A model generated the notes under the pieces. The model made no database searches. It saw nothing but the letters and a program-made list of their open reading frames with translations, and was not told where the DNA came from. Below, in pieces: positions 35,386 through 43,770 of a stretch of DNA of 64,000 bases; position 1 is the stretch's first letter, and each line of letters begins with the position of its first letter. The DNA is from Coriobacteriia bacterium (GTDB lineage Bacteria; Actinomycetota; Coriobacteriia; Coriobacteriales; Eggerthellaceae): positions 403 through 64,402 of the forward strand of contig JAUMVJ010000008.1 of NCBI GenBank assembly GCA_030530215.1, written 5' to 3'. The translations under genes were made by a program, and so were the position numbers.

Positions 35386-36738
35386 TTAGGCCTCGTGAGC
35401 CAGCTTGGTGTCGGAGACGTACCAAGTCTGCTCGCGCTTCTTGTAAGCAGCGATACCGGTGTAAGCGATCAGAATGAAGGTCACAACGATCTCGGCAATT
35501 GCGAACTCGAAGAAAGCGTCCCAGCCGTAGGTCTGCATGAGAATAGCCCACGCAGTAGCGCCGAAGCCGCCAAGCAGGTTGAACAGAGCAACCTGGATGG
35601 AGTAAATGCGGTCGTATTCCTTGCCACCGAAGCATTCACGAACAAGGAAGGGAAGCATTGCGGTGGAGCAAGCGTACATCAAGCCGTAAACAGCGCCACC
35701 AGCGAACATCAGATAGATGCCGCCCTCGCCCAGCATCTTGGGGAACTGCCAAATCATGAACAGACCAAGAACGCCGCCGCAAACGCCCATGATCTGAGCA
35801 GCGAGCAGGGAGCGAGACTCGATGATACCAACGAGGATCTTACCGACCAGCTGGCCAGCAGATGCGCAGGACTCCAGCGTACCGGAGAGGAGCAGCAGGG
35901 CAACGATTGCCTGGCCCTCCCAGCCCTCATGGCCGAGGAACTGAACATAGGTAGCAAACATCTGGGACATGGTGGTAACAACGTTCAGGCAGCCAGCGCC
36001 AAGGAGCATGGTGTAGAAGAAGGGAAGACGAGTTGCTTCCTTCAGCGTGAAACCAGGCTCTTCGGGAGCCTCGATGGAACCATCCTCTTCTGCTTCCTCG
36101 GCAGCCAGGGGCATACCGAAAGGCAGAATACCGCGCACCTCGGGGGTACGGTCGGCGAAGAGCAGGATGCAAACCAGGGTGGAAACACCCATGATGATTG
36201 CAAACATGCGATAAAGGGTGGGCCAACCAGTGAGGTCAGCACCAAGAACGAACTGGCCAACGAGGTTCCAAACGATACCGCCAGCACCGGTGCATGCGAA
36301 GGACAGACCGATAACAGTACCGTAGTTGGTGTGGAACCAACGAGAAAGAAGACCAGCGGTCATGGTGTATTCCAGAACAGCAAGGCCAAGACCGATGACG
36401 ACGCCGCCAGCCTGCATGACCTGAATGCTAGGCCACAGGCTGTTGCAGAAATAAGGAACAACAACAAGAACGAGCGCGCAGGTGAAGAACACCTTGGGGT
36501 TAATGCGCTCGAACAGATAGCCCGCAGGGATAGGTGCGATGGTCGAACCAATGTAGACGCAAGTCATGTAGAACGAAACATCGGAAACCTGGCAGCCAAA
36601 GTGCTGTGCGACAGGACGATAAGTCAGACCTGCACACACAAGAACCATTGCGATGCAAGTAAACAGGGCGACCATACAGGTGAAAACGACGCCACAGTGA
36701 CGCCACGTAAGGCCCTGCCTCTCGATTTTCTCAGACAA
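35386..36738 (-). CDS. MFS transporter (OFA/MCT-like), paralog 2 (TTG start)
   Basis: Aligns end to end with 33676-35031; AAGGAG RBS. Confidence 0.88.
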   Translation of the reverse strand: MSEKIERQGLTWRHCGVVFTCMVALFTCIAMVLVCAGLTYRPVAQHFGCQVSDVSFYMTCVYIGSTIAPIPAGYLFERINPKVFFTCALVLVVVPYFCNSLWPSIQVMQAGGVVIGLGLAVLEYTMTAGLLSRWFHTNYGTVIGLSFACTGAGGIVWNLVGQFVLGADLTGWPTLYRMFAIIMGVSTLVCILLFADRTPEVRGILPFGMPLAAEEAEEDGSIEAPEEPGFTLKEATRLPFFYTMLLGAGCLNVVTTMSQMFATYVQFLGHEGWEGQAIVALLLLSGTLESCASAGQLVGKILVGIIESRSLLAAQIMGVCGGVLGLFMIWQFPKMLGEGGIYLMFAGGAVYGLMYACSTAMLPFLVRECFGGKEYDRIYSIQVALFNLLGGFGATAWAILMQTYGWDAFFEFAIAEIVVTFILIAYTGIAAYKKREQTWYVSDTKLAHEA

Positions 36739-37309
36739 GATAGCTCCTTCGGTTAGAGCGGGGGGTCAAGGCAAAAAGCCTTAACTACCCAAAGGGAACC
36801 TATTGCGCGAAGCTGACACCCCTCGTTTCCCCCGAAACGTCGCAGAATCGCGCATAAGTATTAGAACGCGTTCATGTCTTTTTGTTTAGACTTTTTCCCG
36901 TAAAAGGCATGAATAATCCACAAATGGCAAAGAAATTGAAACATATATTCGTTTTTTGGGAAAATTGATATACAGAATTGCAAATTTGAGGAAACCGTTT
37001 TACGCAATGAATAAGTATTTCATTTGTGACCATCAGGTGTTTCTTTCGCCCTTTACACCGGCTGCGACATTGGAAAGCAATTTCCAAGGAATCGCCTAGT
37101 CAAGGCTTGAGTTTTTAACGTTTTATTCCCTCTGAATAATGCATCTTGCGCAAAGGTGAATGCGCCAAAGCGCTAAAGGAGGCCGTTTGCGCGCTCGATC
37201 GCCGCCCCCGCTAGCATGCTGCCTTTGCGAAAGCAGGCGTTCCTGTGAAGAAGCGGAATGCCTCGCTTGCGGCTGCGATATACTCGCCCATGTACGGAAA
37301 GGAAGCATC

Positions 37310-37969
37310 ATGGCAGAGTTCATTCGCGCTCGAAGCGAGGAGCAGAAAGCGCATCGCATGGCGCAGATCAAGGCTGCCGCGGAGCGCCAGTTTGCCGAAC
37401 GTCCGTACCACGAGATCTCGCTCACCACCATCGCCGATGAGCTTGGCTGGTCGCGCGCGAACCTTTATAAGTACGTTGCCACCAAAGAGGAGATCTTCCT
37501 TTCGCTTGCCATGGACAAGCGCGATGCCTATCACCAGGCACTGCTTCGGGCCTTCCCCGCCAACTCAAAACCGAGCGCCAAAGAGGCGGCTTGCACCTGG
37601 GCGGCAATCGCAGCCCAAAACCAGCAGCATTTCACGTACGGCGGCATCCTGCTGATGATCATCGAAACCAACGTTACCGTTGAAAAGCTCATGGTTTTCA
37701 AGGAAAGCTACTACGAGCAACTCGAGGCTCTCACTGCACAACTTTCCAGCGCCTTGAATATAGATCCCGAGCGCATAAGCCCCCTGACGCTCGCGATTTA
37801 CCATCAAGCCATCGGGCTCACCGGCACCTGCCTGCGCAACCCGCTGGTTCGTGAAGCGCTTACCAGGCTTGGGCGCGAAATCCAAGAAGTCGACTTCCGA
37901 GGCGCGATGCAAGACTTCATCGAGCTTTGCATCGAAGGCTTTCAGCACAAATACCCCCTAGCGCGCTAA
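37310..37969 (+). CDS. TetR-family transcriptional regulator
   Basis: RARSEEQK..., IADELGWSRANLYKYVATKEEIF HTH. Confidence 0.9.
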   Translation: MAEFIRARSEEQKAHRMAQIKAAAERQFAERPYHEISLTTIADELGWSRANLYKYVATKEEIFLSLAMDKRDAYHQALLRAFPANSKPSAKEAACTWAAIAAQNQQHFTYGGILLMIIETNVTVEKLMVFKESYYEQLEALTAQLSSALNIDPERISPLTLAIYHQAIGLTGTCLRNPLVREALTRLGREIQEVDFRGAMQDFIELCIEGFQHKYPLAR

Positions 37970-38012
37970 GCTGACGGGGAAACCCAAGCAGACGCGGAAA
38001 ACACGAGCCTCT

Positions 38013-38073
38013 TTTGCCCTGCAAGCAAAAGAAGAGTTGCCCTATCGCTAGAACAACTCTTCTTGCAGGGACC
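38013..38073 (-). repeat. Conserved hairpin/terminator, copy 1
   Basis: TTTGCCCTGCAAGCAAAAGAAGAGTTGCCCTATCGCTAGAACAACTCTTCTTGCAGGG, near-identical to 43562-43622. Confidence 0.85.
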
Positions 38074-38157
38074 AATGTATCCCCCAAAGCAAACATTTGC
38101 GAAGGAGCCTTGGTAGTGCCCCATGCAATGGCCGTCGAGGTACGGTTGCAACCGCCC

Positions 38158-41100
38158 TTACTTGACCTTCACCTTCTTGCCGCAATTAGCCTTGGTGAAG
38201 CACTTGCGGTACTTCTTAACCAACTTCTTGTTGGCCTTCTTCTTGGCGGCGGCTTTTACCTTAACGGTCTTGACCTTGCTGCCCTTAAGGCAGTTCTTAA
38301 CGCCCTTCTTGGTGAGGTAGGGGCTCTTGACGGTGAGCTTCTTCACCTTGGTGCCCTTGAAGGCCTTGGCCTTGATCTTGGTCACCTTCACCATCTTGCC
38401 ATTGATTTTGATCTTGGCGGGAACGGTGACGGACTTCATGGACTTCTTGTTGACCTTGGTCAGCACGAGCACCTTGCCGCTCAATGTGTAAGTGCAGCCC
38501 TTGTAGGAAACCGTCTTGGCGACCTTCGTGGCCGGCGTGGGTGTGGGCTCGGGGTCGGGCTGCGTTTCGGAAGGCACCGATACCGCGAAGCTTGCCGTCA
38601 CCACGCCATCGGAGTCGGGGCCAGATTGGCTCTTGGCAGCCTTGCCCGAGAAGCTAACCTTGGTGCCGGCGGTGAGCAGCGCCGTGCTGTCCTCGTCCAG
38701 AGCCAGGGCCGCCGTAACCGTGTAGGTCTTGCCAGCCTCGGCCTTGGCGCGCGCGCCCAGTACCTCGCCGTCAGCCGTCGACCACTGCAGCTGGGCCGTG
38801 ACGACCGCGAGCTCGCCGCCCTCGGCGTCCGCAAGCCGCACCTTAACCATGACGGGCAGCGTGTCGCCCGCAGCAATGGAGGAAAGCTCCACATCAGCCG
38901 ACGCAGCCTCGACGGGCTCGGCCGATGCATCCTTGTACGTAGCCGTAACCTCGACGTCCGCAGCTGGCATGGTGAACGAGGTGGACGACCTGGCGGCATC
39001 CTTGAACTTGATGTCTGTTCCATCCGCTGCAACCCACTTATCAAAGCGCTTGCCTGCAGGGGGTTCCTCCGCCTGCAGGTAGACGGTCTTGCCCTCCACC
39101 GCGGCGCTGATGGCCTCGTCGTGGCTGTCGCAAGCGCTGCCGTGATTGACTTTCACAGCATGCTCGCCCTTGATCGTGTAGGCATAGGAGGCCGTGCCTA
39201 GCTGGTAGCCGCTCTTTTTAGCGTAAACAAAGAGCATGCAGCTCTCTGAAATCTCTATAACGTCGCCCTCGTTGTACTTCGTAAAGTCCAAGCCGCCCGC
39301 GCTCGCACTGCTTGTTTTGTCAATGGCGTAGTAAATCTCCACTTGGTCGGGATCAATCCAATCGTCGCCCTTCACGAGCTTGACCCTTTGAGCAGCAGCA
39401 TAAGTACCTGCCTTGATGCTGGGCGTAGCTGCCGTAAAGCTCACAACAAAGCTGCGACTCACTTCGTGACTCGCCCCAAACTTATCCTTAAAGCTGCCGA
39501 CAGCCTTAAAACCGCCTGTAGCCGCATCCTCTACAGTCTTATTGCTCCATGTAATAGACGCAGTCAATTCCGTACCGTCAGTAAGGCTGTAAGCAATGGA
39601 GGAGGGTAGGTAGTTCGTATACTCGCTCTCGACGTTGATGGTCGCCTGCGTAAGACCGCTCTCATCCGCTTTATCGTAAGCGGCCTCGTCCCCGACCGTC
39701 ACCGGATAGCTCACCGTGACCGCGCTGTTGCCCGCATCGACCAAGAAGTCCGAGGCCAAAGAGCCATTCGCAAAAACAGCAACGTCAGCAGCCCAGTCGA
39801 AATCGCGGGTCTCCTTGGAGTAGTTAACCGTAATGGTCGCGATGTAAGAACCAGCTTCGACAGCGCTGCCCGCATCGCTGCCGTCGGGCTTCCTCCAAAC
39901 AACAGGAGCGCTCGTAAACGCGCTGCTGATGTCTTGCTCTTCATACGTAGACACTTTGCAGGACTCGAGTGCAGACGGGAACGCCTTTCCTACCTCGAGC
40001 TGGGCCACCTGCAGCTCCACCTTGCTCGCCAAGGGCTTGAAGAGCGCAGTAAGCTCAACGTTGTCGCTAGGCTTGCTCACCGTGACCGTGCCGGCCGTCT
40101 CGTCAAGCGAGGCACACTCAGGCAGGCTGCTCTTATCCCAGCCGCTGAAACTCCAGCCGGCGACTTCAGGTGTGGGAACTTCTACGGAACCATTCTCTGC
40201 GACCCGGTAGCTCAGCGTGGCAAGCGTTTGGGAAGTGTCGTTGACGTTTGCCGCTTTGACCGCCACGGCATGGGTGGCATCTGAGGGCTTAACGTAGTCG
40301 ACCGATATCTCGATACAATACAAATTCCCCAAGGTATACATATAGCCAATATCAGCCTTTACTGTGCCTATAAAGGGAAGAGAGACGGAGGCGTCAATGT
40401 CATCAGCTGTGAGTTCACTAGAGAGTTCTATGTCGCAGCTTGTCAGCAAATCAGAGTTTAAGTACACCCAATAGCTAAGCTCCTTGGCTGTCTTTTCGCT
40501 ATTCTCCTCGACCGCGCGTGTAAAGAAAGAAAAACCCGAAGACAAAGCGCCGGCATCAGGCCGGACCTTGTCGCCGTTGGTGTCTTCCACTTCAAATTTA
40601 TCCACCGTTACGCCAGCGATTTTGCCACTATCATCAGCTACGCCGCCGCCAATATCATCATATTCGGCGCTCTCGCCAAGCGTTATGGACAAACTCTTGA
40701 AAACAGTGGGGTACTGCGCCTCGAGCACCAGCTCGCTGTCAGGCATAACAAAACTTGCCTTCTTATTAGATCCAGTGCTGTAGATAGTCCACGAGCTACC
40801 GTCCGACTTCTGCGTGACCTTCCACGAGGTCGGAGCAACGCCGTTTCTCTTGTAGTCGTTAGCGCTGAGCTCCGACTTAAGACCCACGATCATCTTCTTG
40901 GTCTCTACCACGTTGTCGCCGTATTTAAGCGTTACGGCGCGCGTCGAGCCGTAATAAGCGTACAAAGTCATGTTGACATCAGTAACATTTACCGGCACCA
41001 CGCCGTTCTCATTGGGATACGACCTGCCAGTTCCTTCGGTGCCATGAAGTTTCCAATCCCACCAGAGCGGATACTCGCCGTTCTCATCAGCGTACTTGGT

Positions 41101-43407
41101 GTTGTCAAACTCCTTTGTACTCCAAGCATTGCACGCCATTGTATCGAGAACCTCGGTACCATCCTCGTTGTAGAGGGTTATGGTTCTGTCGCTAGATCCC
41201 CAGTTCAGGTAAATCCCGTCGCTTCTCGTTTCAACCTTTTGGGCATCGTAGATCGCATAAACGGCGGTCTGGTTGCCGTCTTCATCAAGAAGCCCATCAA
41301 CTAAACCAAGCTCGGCAATCTTGCGCGCTTCACCTTCAGCGTAAACACCAACAGAACTGCCAGCTTCAAGCTTGCCTCCCGTAATACGCTGAACGCGTTC
41401 TAAGCACACACTTGTGATCTTGACCACACCTGTGAGCTCAAAGGTGCTGGTGTCGGTACCGGTGTTGTCGTAATAGATATCAGCCCTAGAACTAATACCC
41501 CCGCTCGATGTCTGCCCCACCGTCACGTTGTCGAGGTAAAGATCTTTTCTGGCGTAAATGGATGCACTTTGCGCATAGCTGCTTTCGTAGCCGTTATCTA
41601 TAATCTTGCATGTGTTTGCGTTCTCACCGACAACCTTGAAGGTTGCATCGCAATACACAGCCCCTCCCTGATTAGCATAGTTTCTTGTAACGCAGCCGTT
41701 GCCGTTAAGCTGAAGGGTAGTGCTGCCGTCTATGTAGAAAGCTCCGCCGTAAGCAGAGTGGTTCGCACTCACTTGGGCATTATTGTTAAGCGTAATACTG
41801 GTACTACTCTCATCGACGTAAACAGCACCGCCGCGACCATCTGAATCGTTACTGTCAATGGTCGCCCTGCCGTTAAGATCAATGGTCGCCTTATCGTTCA
41901 AATAGAAAGCACCACCGTCTGTCCCAGCAAAATTATCGCAAATAGAAGATGTGCCATTAATCTCAAATTTCGTCCCATTGAAACAATTGTAGATAGCACC
42001 GCCGCTGCCTTTATCTGCCCTGTTGGCGCGTATCTTAGAGTAGCCGTTAAGAATGACCGAGCCATCACTGCCGTTATGGTAGATGCCACCACCACAGCCA
42101 TTGTCTGCCGTCGTGCTGTTCTCCGCTATCTCGGAGTTGTCGTTGAGAGTGATGGTGGTGTCGCTGTCGTTGACGTAGACGCCGGCGCCGTTGTCCGCCT
42201 TGTTGCCGCTGATCTTGGCGCCGCCGGAGAGCGTGAGCGTCGCGGCGTCCTCCAGGTAGATGCCGCCGCCGTCGTCTGAGGCGGTGTTGCCAGAAACCTC
42301 GGTGTCGGCGCCTTTAAGGGTGATAGCGGTGTCGTTGTAGCAATCGTAGATGCCGCCGCCATCCTTGAGCGCTCCGTTGCCGGAGATCTTGCCGCCATTC
42401 TCCAGCGTGATCGAACCGCGCTTACAGTTGAAGTAGACGCCACCGCCGTCCTTGTGAGTAGAGTTGTCGCTGATCTTGGAAGCGTCGACACTCAGCGCGC
42501 AGTCGTTGCCGTCCACGTAAACGCCGCCGCCGCCCAAGATGCCCAGGTTGCAGGCTACCTCGCTGCCGCCCGTAACCTTTACCGTGCATTCGTCCTTGCG
42601 CACGTAGATGCCGCCGCCGGTGCCCTCGGCGTGGTTGTAGCAGACCTTTGAGTTGCTAAGCTCCAGGTAGCAGCTCTTACCATGCAGAGCCACGCCAGCG
42701 CCGTGGCCGTAGCTAGAGTCGAACTGGTCGGTGAGATTACCCGCCACGGTGACGTTCTTGAGGTAGGCCTTGGCGTTCTCGCCAGCAAGCGATATGCCGC
42801 CCGAGCCATGCTCGTCGTCACAGGCACCGCCGGTGATGAGCCCGCCGGTTATGGCATCGGTGCCGCCCTCGCCGTAGGACCAGAATCTGTCGTTGTCCTC
42901 CAAGGTGCCGGGGTGACTGGTGGCGGCCTCGTCGCCGGTGCCGCCGTCCACCACCAGGGTGCCGTTCTTCTTGACGTATACGACCTCACCCTCCTTCTCG
43001 GCATACCACTTGTCGCCGTAGCTTCCAGCCTTGGCGCGGTTGAGCATATGACCGTGCAGGTTAAGGTAGAGCGTCATGCCCTCGCCCACCACGATGCGCC
43101 CAGCGCTCTTGGTGTTCCAGTCGGCGCTGAGTTCTATGCGGATAGACTTGATGAAGGACGCCGAGCCGAGCTGCTCGACGGCGCTCACCACCTGGTCGAC
43201 GTCGTAGACCTGCTGGGGCCCCTCGTTGTCGATGGGTTTGGTGCCCTCAGCGTCAAAGTAGGCGCAAACCGTACCGACGGGCTGGGTGGCTGCCTCCGCC
43301 TGCCAGGGCTGAATTGCCATAACGGCAACGGCCGCAAACGCAACAGCGAACAGGGTCGCTGCGACCCGGCACAGGACGGTCTTCTTGGAGGGGGTTGCTG
43401 ACTTCAT
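38158..43407 (-). CDS. Large secreted/surface protein (1749 aa): beta-helix GG[GA]IY repeats, InlB-B/Ig-like modules, Lys-rich C-terminal domain
   Basis: Signal peptide ending AEA; repeated N.A..GGGIY units; FSGW and FDKW...TSFTMPAADVEVTATY; PDPEPTPTP linker; ends KKVKVK. Confidence 0.85.
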   Translation of the reverse strand: MKSATPSKKTVLCRVAATLFAVAFAAVAVMAIQPWQAEAATQPVGTVCAYFDAEGTKPIDNEGPQQVYDVDQVVSAVEQLGSASFIKSIRIELSADWNTKSAGRIVVGEGMTLYLNLHGHMLNRAKAGSYGDKWYAEKEGEVVYVKKNGTLVVDGGTGDEAATSHPGTLEDNDRFWSYGEGGTDAITGGLITGGACDDEHGSGGISLAGENAKAYLKNVTVAGNLTDQFDSSYGHGAGVALHGKSCYLELSNSKVCYNHAEGTGGGIYVRKDECTVKVTGGSEVACNLGILGGGGVYVDGNDCALSVDASKISDNSTHKDGGGVYFNCKRGSITLENGGKISGNGALKDGGGIYDCYNDTAITLKGADTEVSGNTASDDGGGIYLEDAATLTLSGGAKISGNKADNGAGVYVNDSDTTITLNDNSEIAENSTTADNGCGGGIYHNGSDGSVILNGYSKIRANRADKGSGGAIYNCFNGTKFEINGTSSICDNFAGTDGGAFYLNDKATIDLNGRATIDSNDSDGRGGAVYVDESSTSITLNNNAQVSANHSAYGGAFYIDGSTTLQLNGNGCVTRNYANQGGAVYCDATFKVVGENANTCKIIDNGYESSYAQSASIYARKDLYLDNVTVGQTSSGGISSRADIYYDNTGTDTSTFELTGVVKITSVCLERVQRITGGKLEAGSSVGVYAEGEARKIAELGLVDGLLDEDGNQTAVYAIYDAQKVETRSDGIYLNWGSSDRTITLYNEDGTEVLDTMACNAWSTKEFDNTKYADENGEYPLWWDWKLHGTEGTGRSYPNENGVVPVNVTDVNMTLYAYYGSTRAVTLKYGDNVVETKKMIVGLKSELSANDYKRNGVAPTSWKVTQKSDGSSWTIYSTGSNKKASFVMPDSELVLEAQYPTVFKSLSITLGESAEYDDIGGGVADDSGKIAGVTVDKFEVEDTNGDKVRPDAGALSSGFSFFTRAVEENSEKTAKELSYWVYLNSDLLTSCDIELSSELTADDIDASVSLPFIGTVKADIGYMYTLGNLYCIEISVDYVKPSDATHAVAVKAANVNDTSQTLATLSYRVAENGSVEVPTPEVAGWSFSGWDKSSLPECASLDETAGTVTVSKPSDNVELTALFKPLASKVELQVAQLEVGKAFPSALESCKVSTYEEQDISSAFTSAPVVWRKPDGSDAGSAVEAGSYIATITVNYSKETRDFDWAADVAVFANGSLASDFLVDAGNSAVTVSYPVTVGDEAAYDKADESGLTQATINVESEYTNYLPSSIAYSLTDGTELTASITWSNKTVEDAATGGFKAVGSFKDKFGASHEVSRSFVVSFTAATPSIKAGTYAAAQRVKLVKGDDWIDPDQVEIYYAIDKTSSASAGGLDFTKYNEGDVIEISESCMLFVYAKKSGYQLGTASYAYTIKGEHAVKVNHGSACDSHDEAISAAVEGKTVYLQAEEPPAGKRFDKWVAADGTDIKFKDAARSSTSFTMPAADVEVTATYKDASAEPVEAASADVELSSIAAGDTLPVMVKVRLADAEGGELAVVTAQLQWSTADGEVLGARAKAEAGKTYTVTAALALDEDSTALLTAGTKVSFSGKAAKSQSGPDSDGVVTASFAVSVPSETQPDPEPTPTPATKVAKTVSYKGCTYTLSGKVLVLTKVNKKSMKSVTVPAKIKINGKMVKVTKIKAKAFKGTKVKKLTVKSPYLTKKGVKNCLKGSKVKTVKVKAAAKKKANKKLVKKYRKCFTKANCGKKVKVK

Positions 43408-43561
43408 GATGGCTCCCTATGGCGCGAATGCGTCGTTTCTCTTTGCCTTATCCCTCATTGTAGCGCGGAGGAGCACCAAAGAAGACCGCACGGCAACGCA
43501 CGCCCGCACCTCTGCACTGGCGCCTCTAGCCCTACAAGCAAAAGGAACTCATGGGGGGCAC

Positions 43562-43622
43562 TTTGCCCTACAAGCAAAAGAAGAGTTGCCCTATCGCTAG
43601 AGCAACTCTTCTTGTAGGGCCC
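43562..43622 (-). repeat. Conserved hairpin/terminator, copy 2
   Basis: TTTGCCCTACAAGCAAAAGAAGAGTTGCCCTATCGCTAGAGCAACTCTTCTTGTAGGG; an extra partial copy GCCCTACAAGCAAAAG lies at 43529. Confidence 0.85.
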
Positions 43623-43770
43623 AGTATGTTTACCAGACAAGCTAAGCCGAATTAGGCAGCTAATAAGGGCTAGCTAAAAGCTCCCAATTGCCCTGCTTGC
43701 ACTTTTCGAATGCAAGCCGGTGCTGTCGCTTGCGCCATTTCGAACGTAGCACCCATAAGGCTATCAGCCG

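Noticed and set aside
43529-43600. GCCCTACAAGCAAAAG repeated at 36-bp spacing as a mini-CRISPR
   Set aside because: Only two 16-bp copies, a 20-bp gap and no cas genes; it is part of the terminator-associated repeat.
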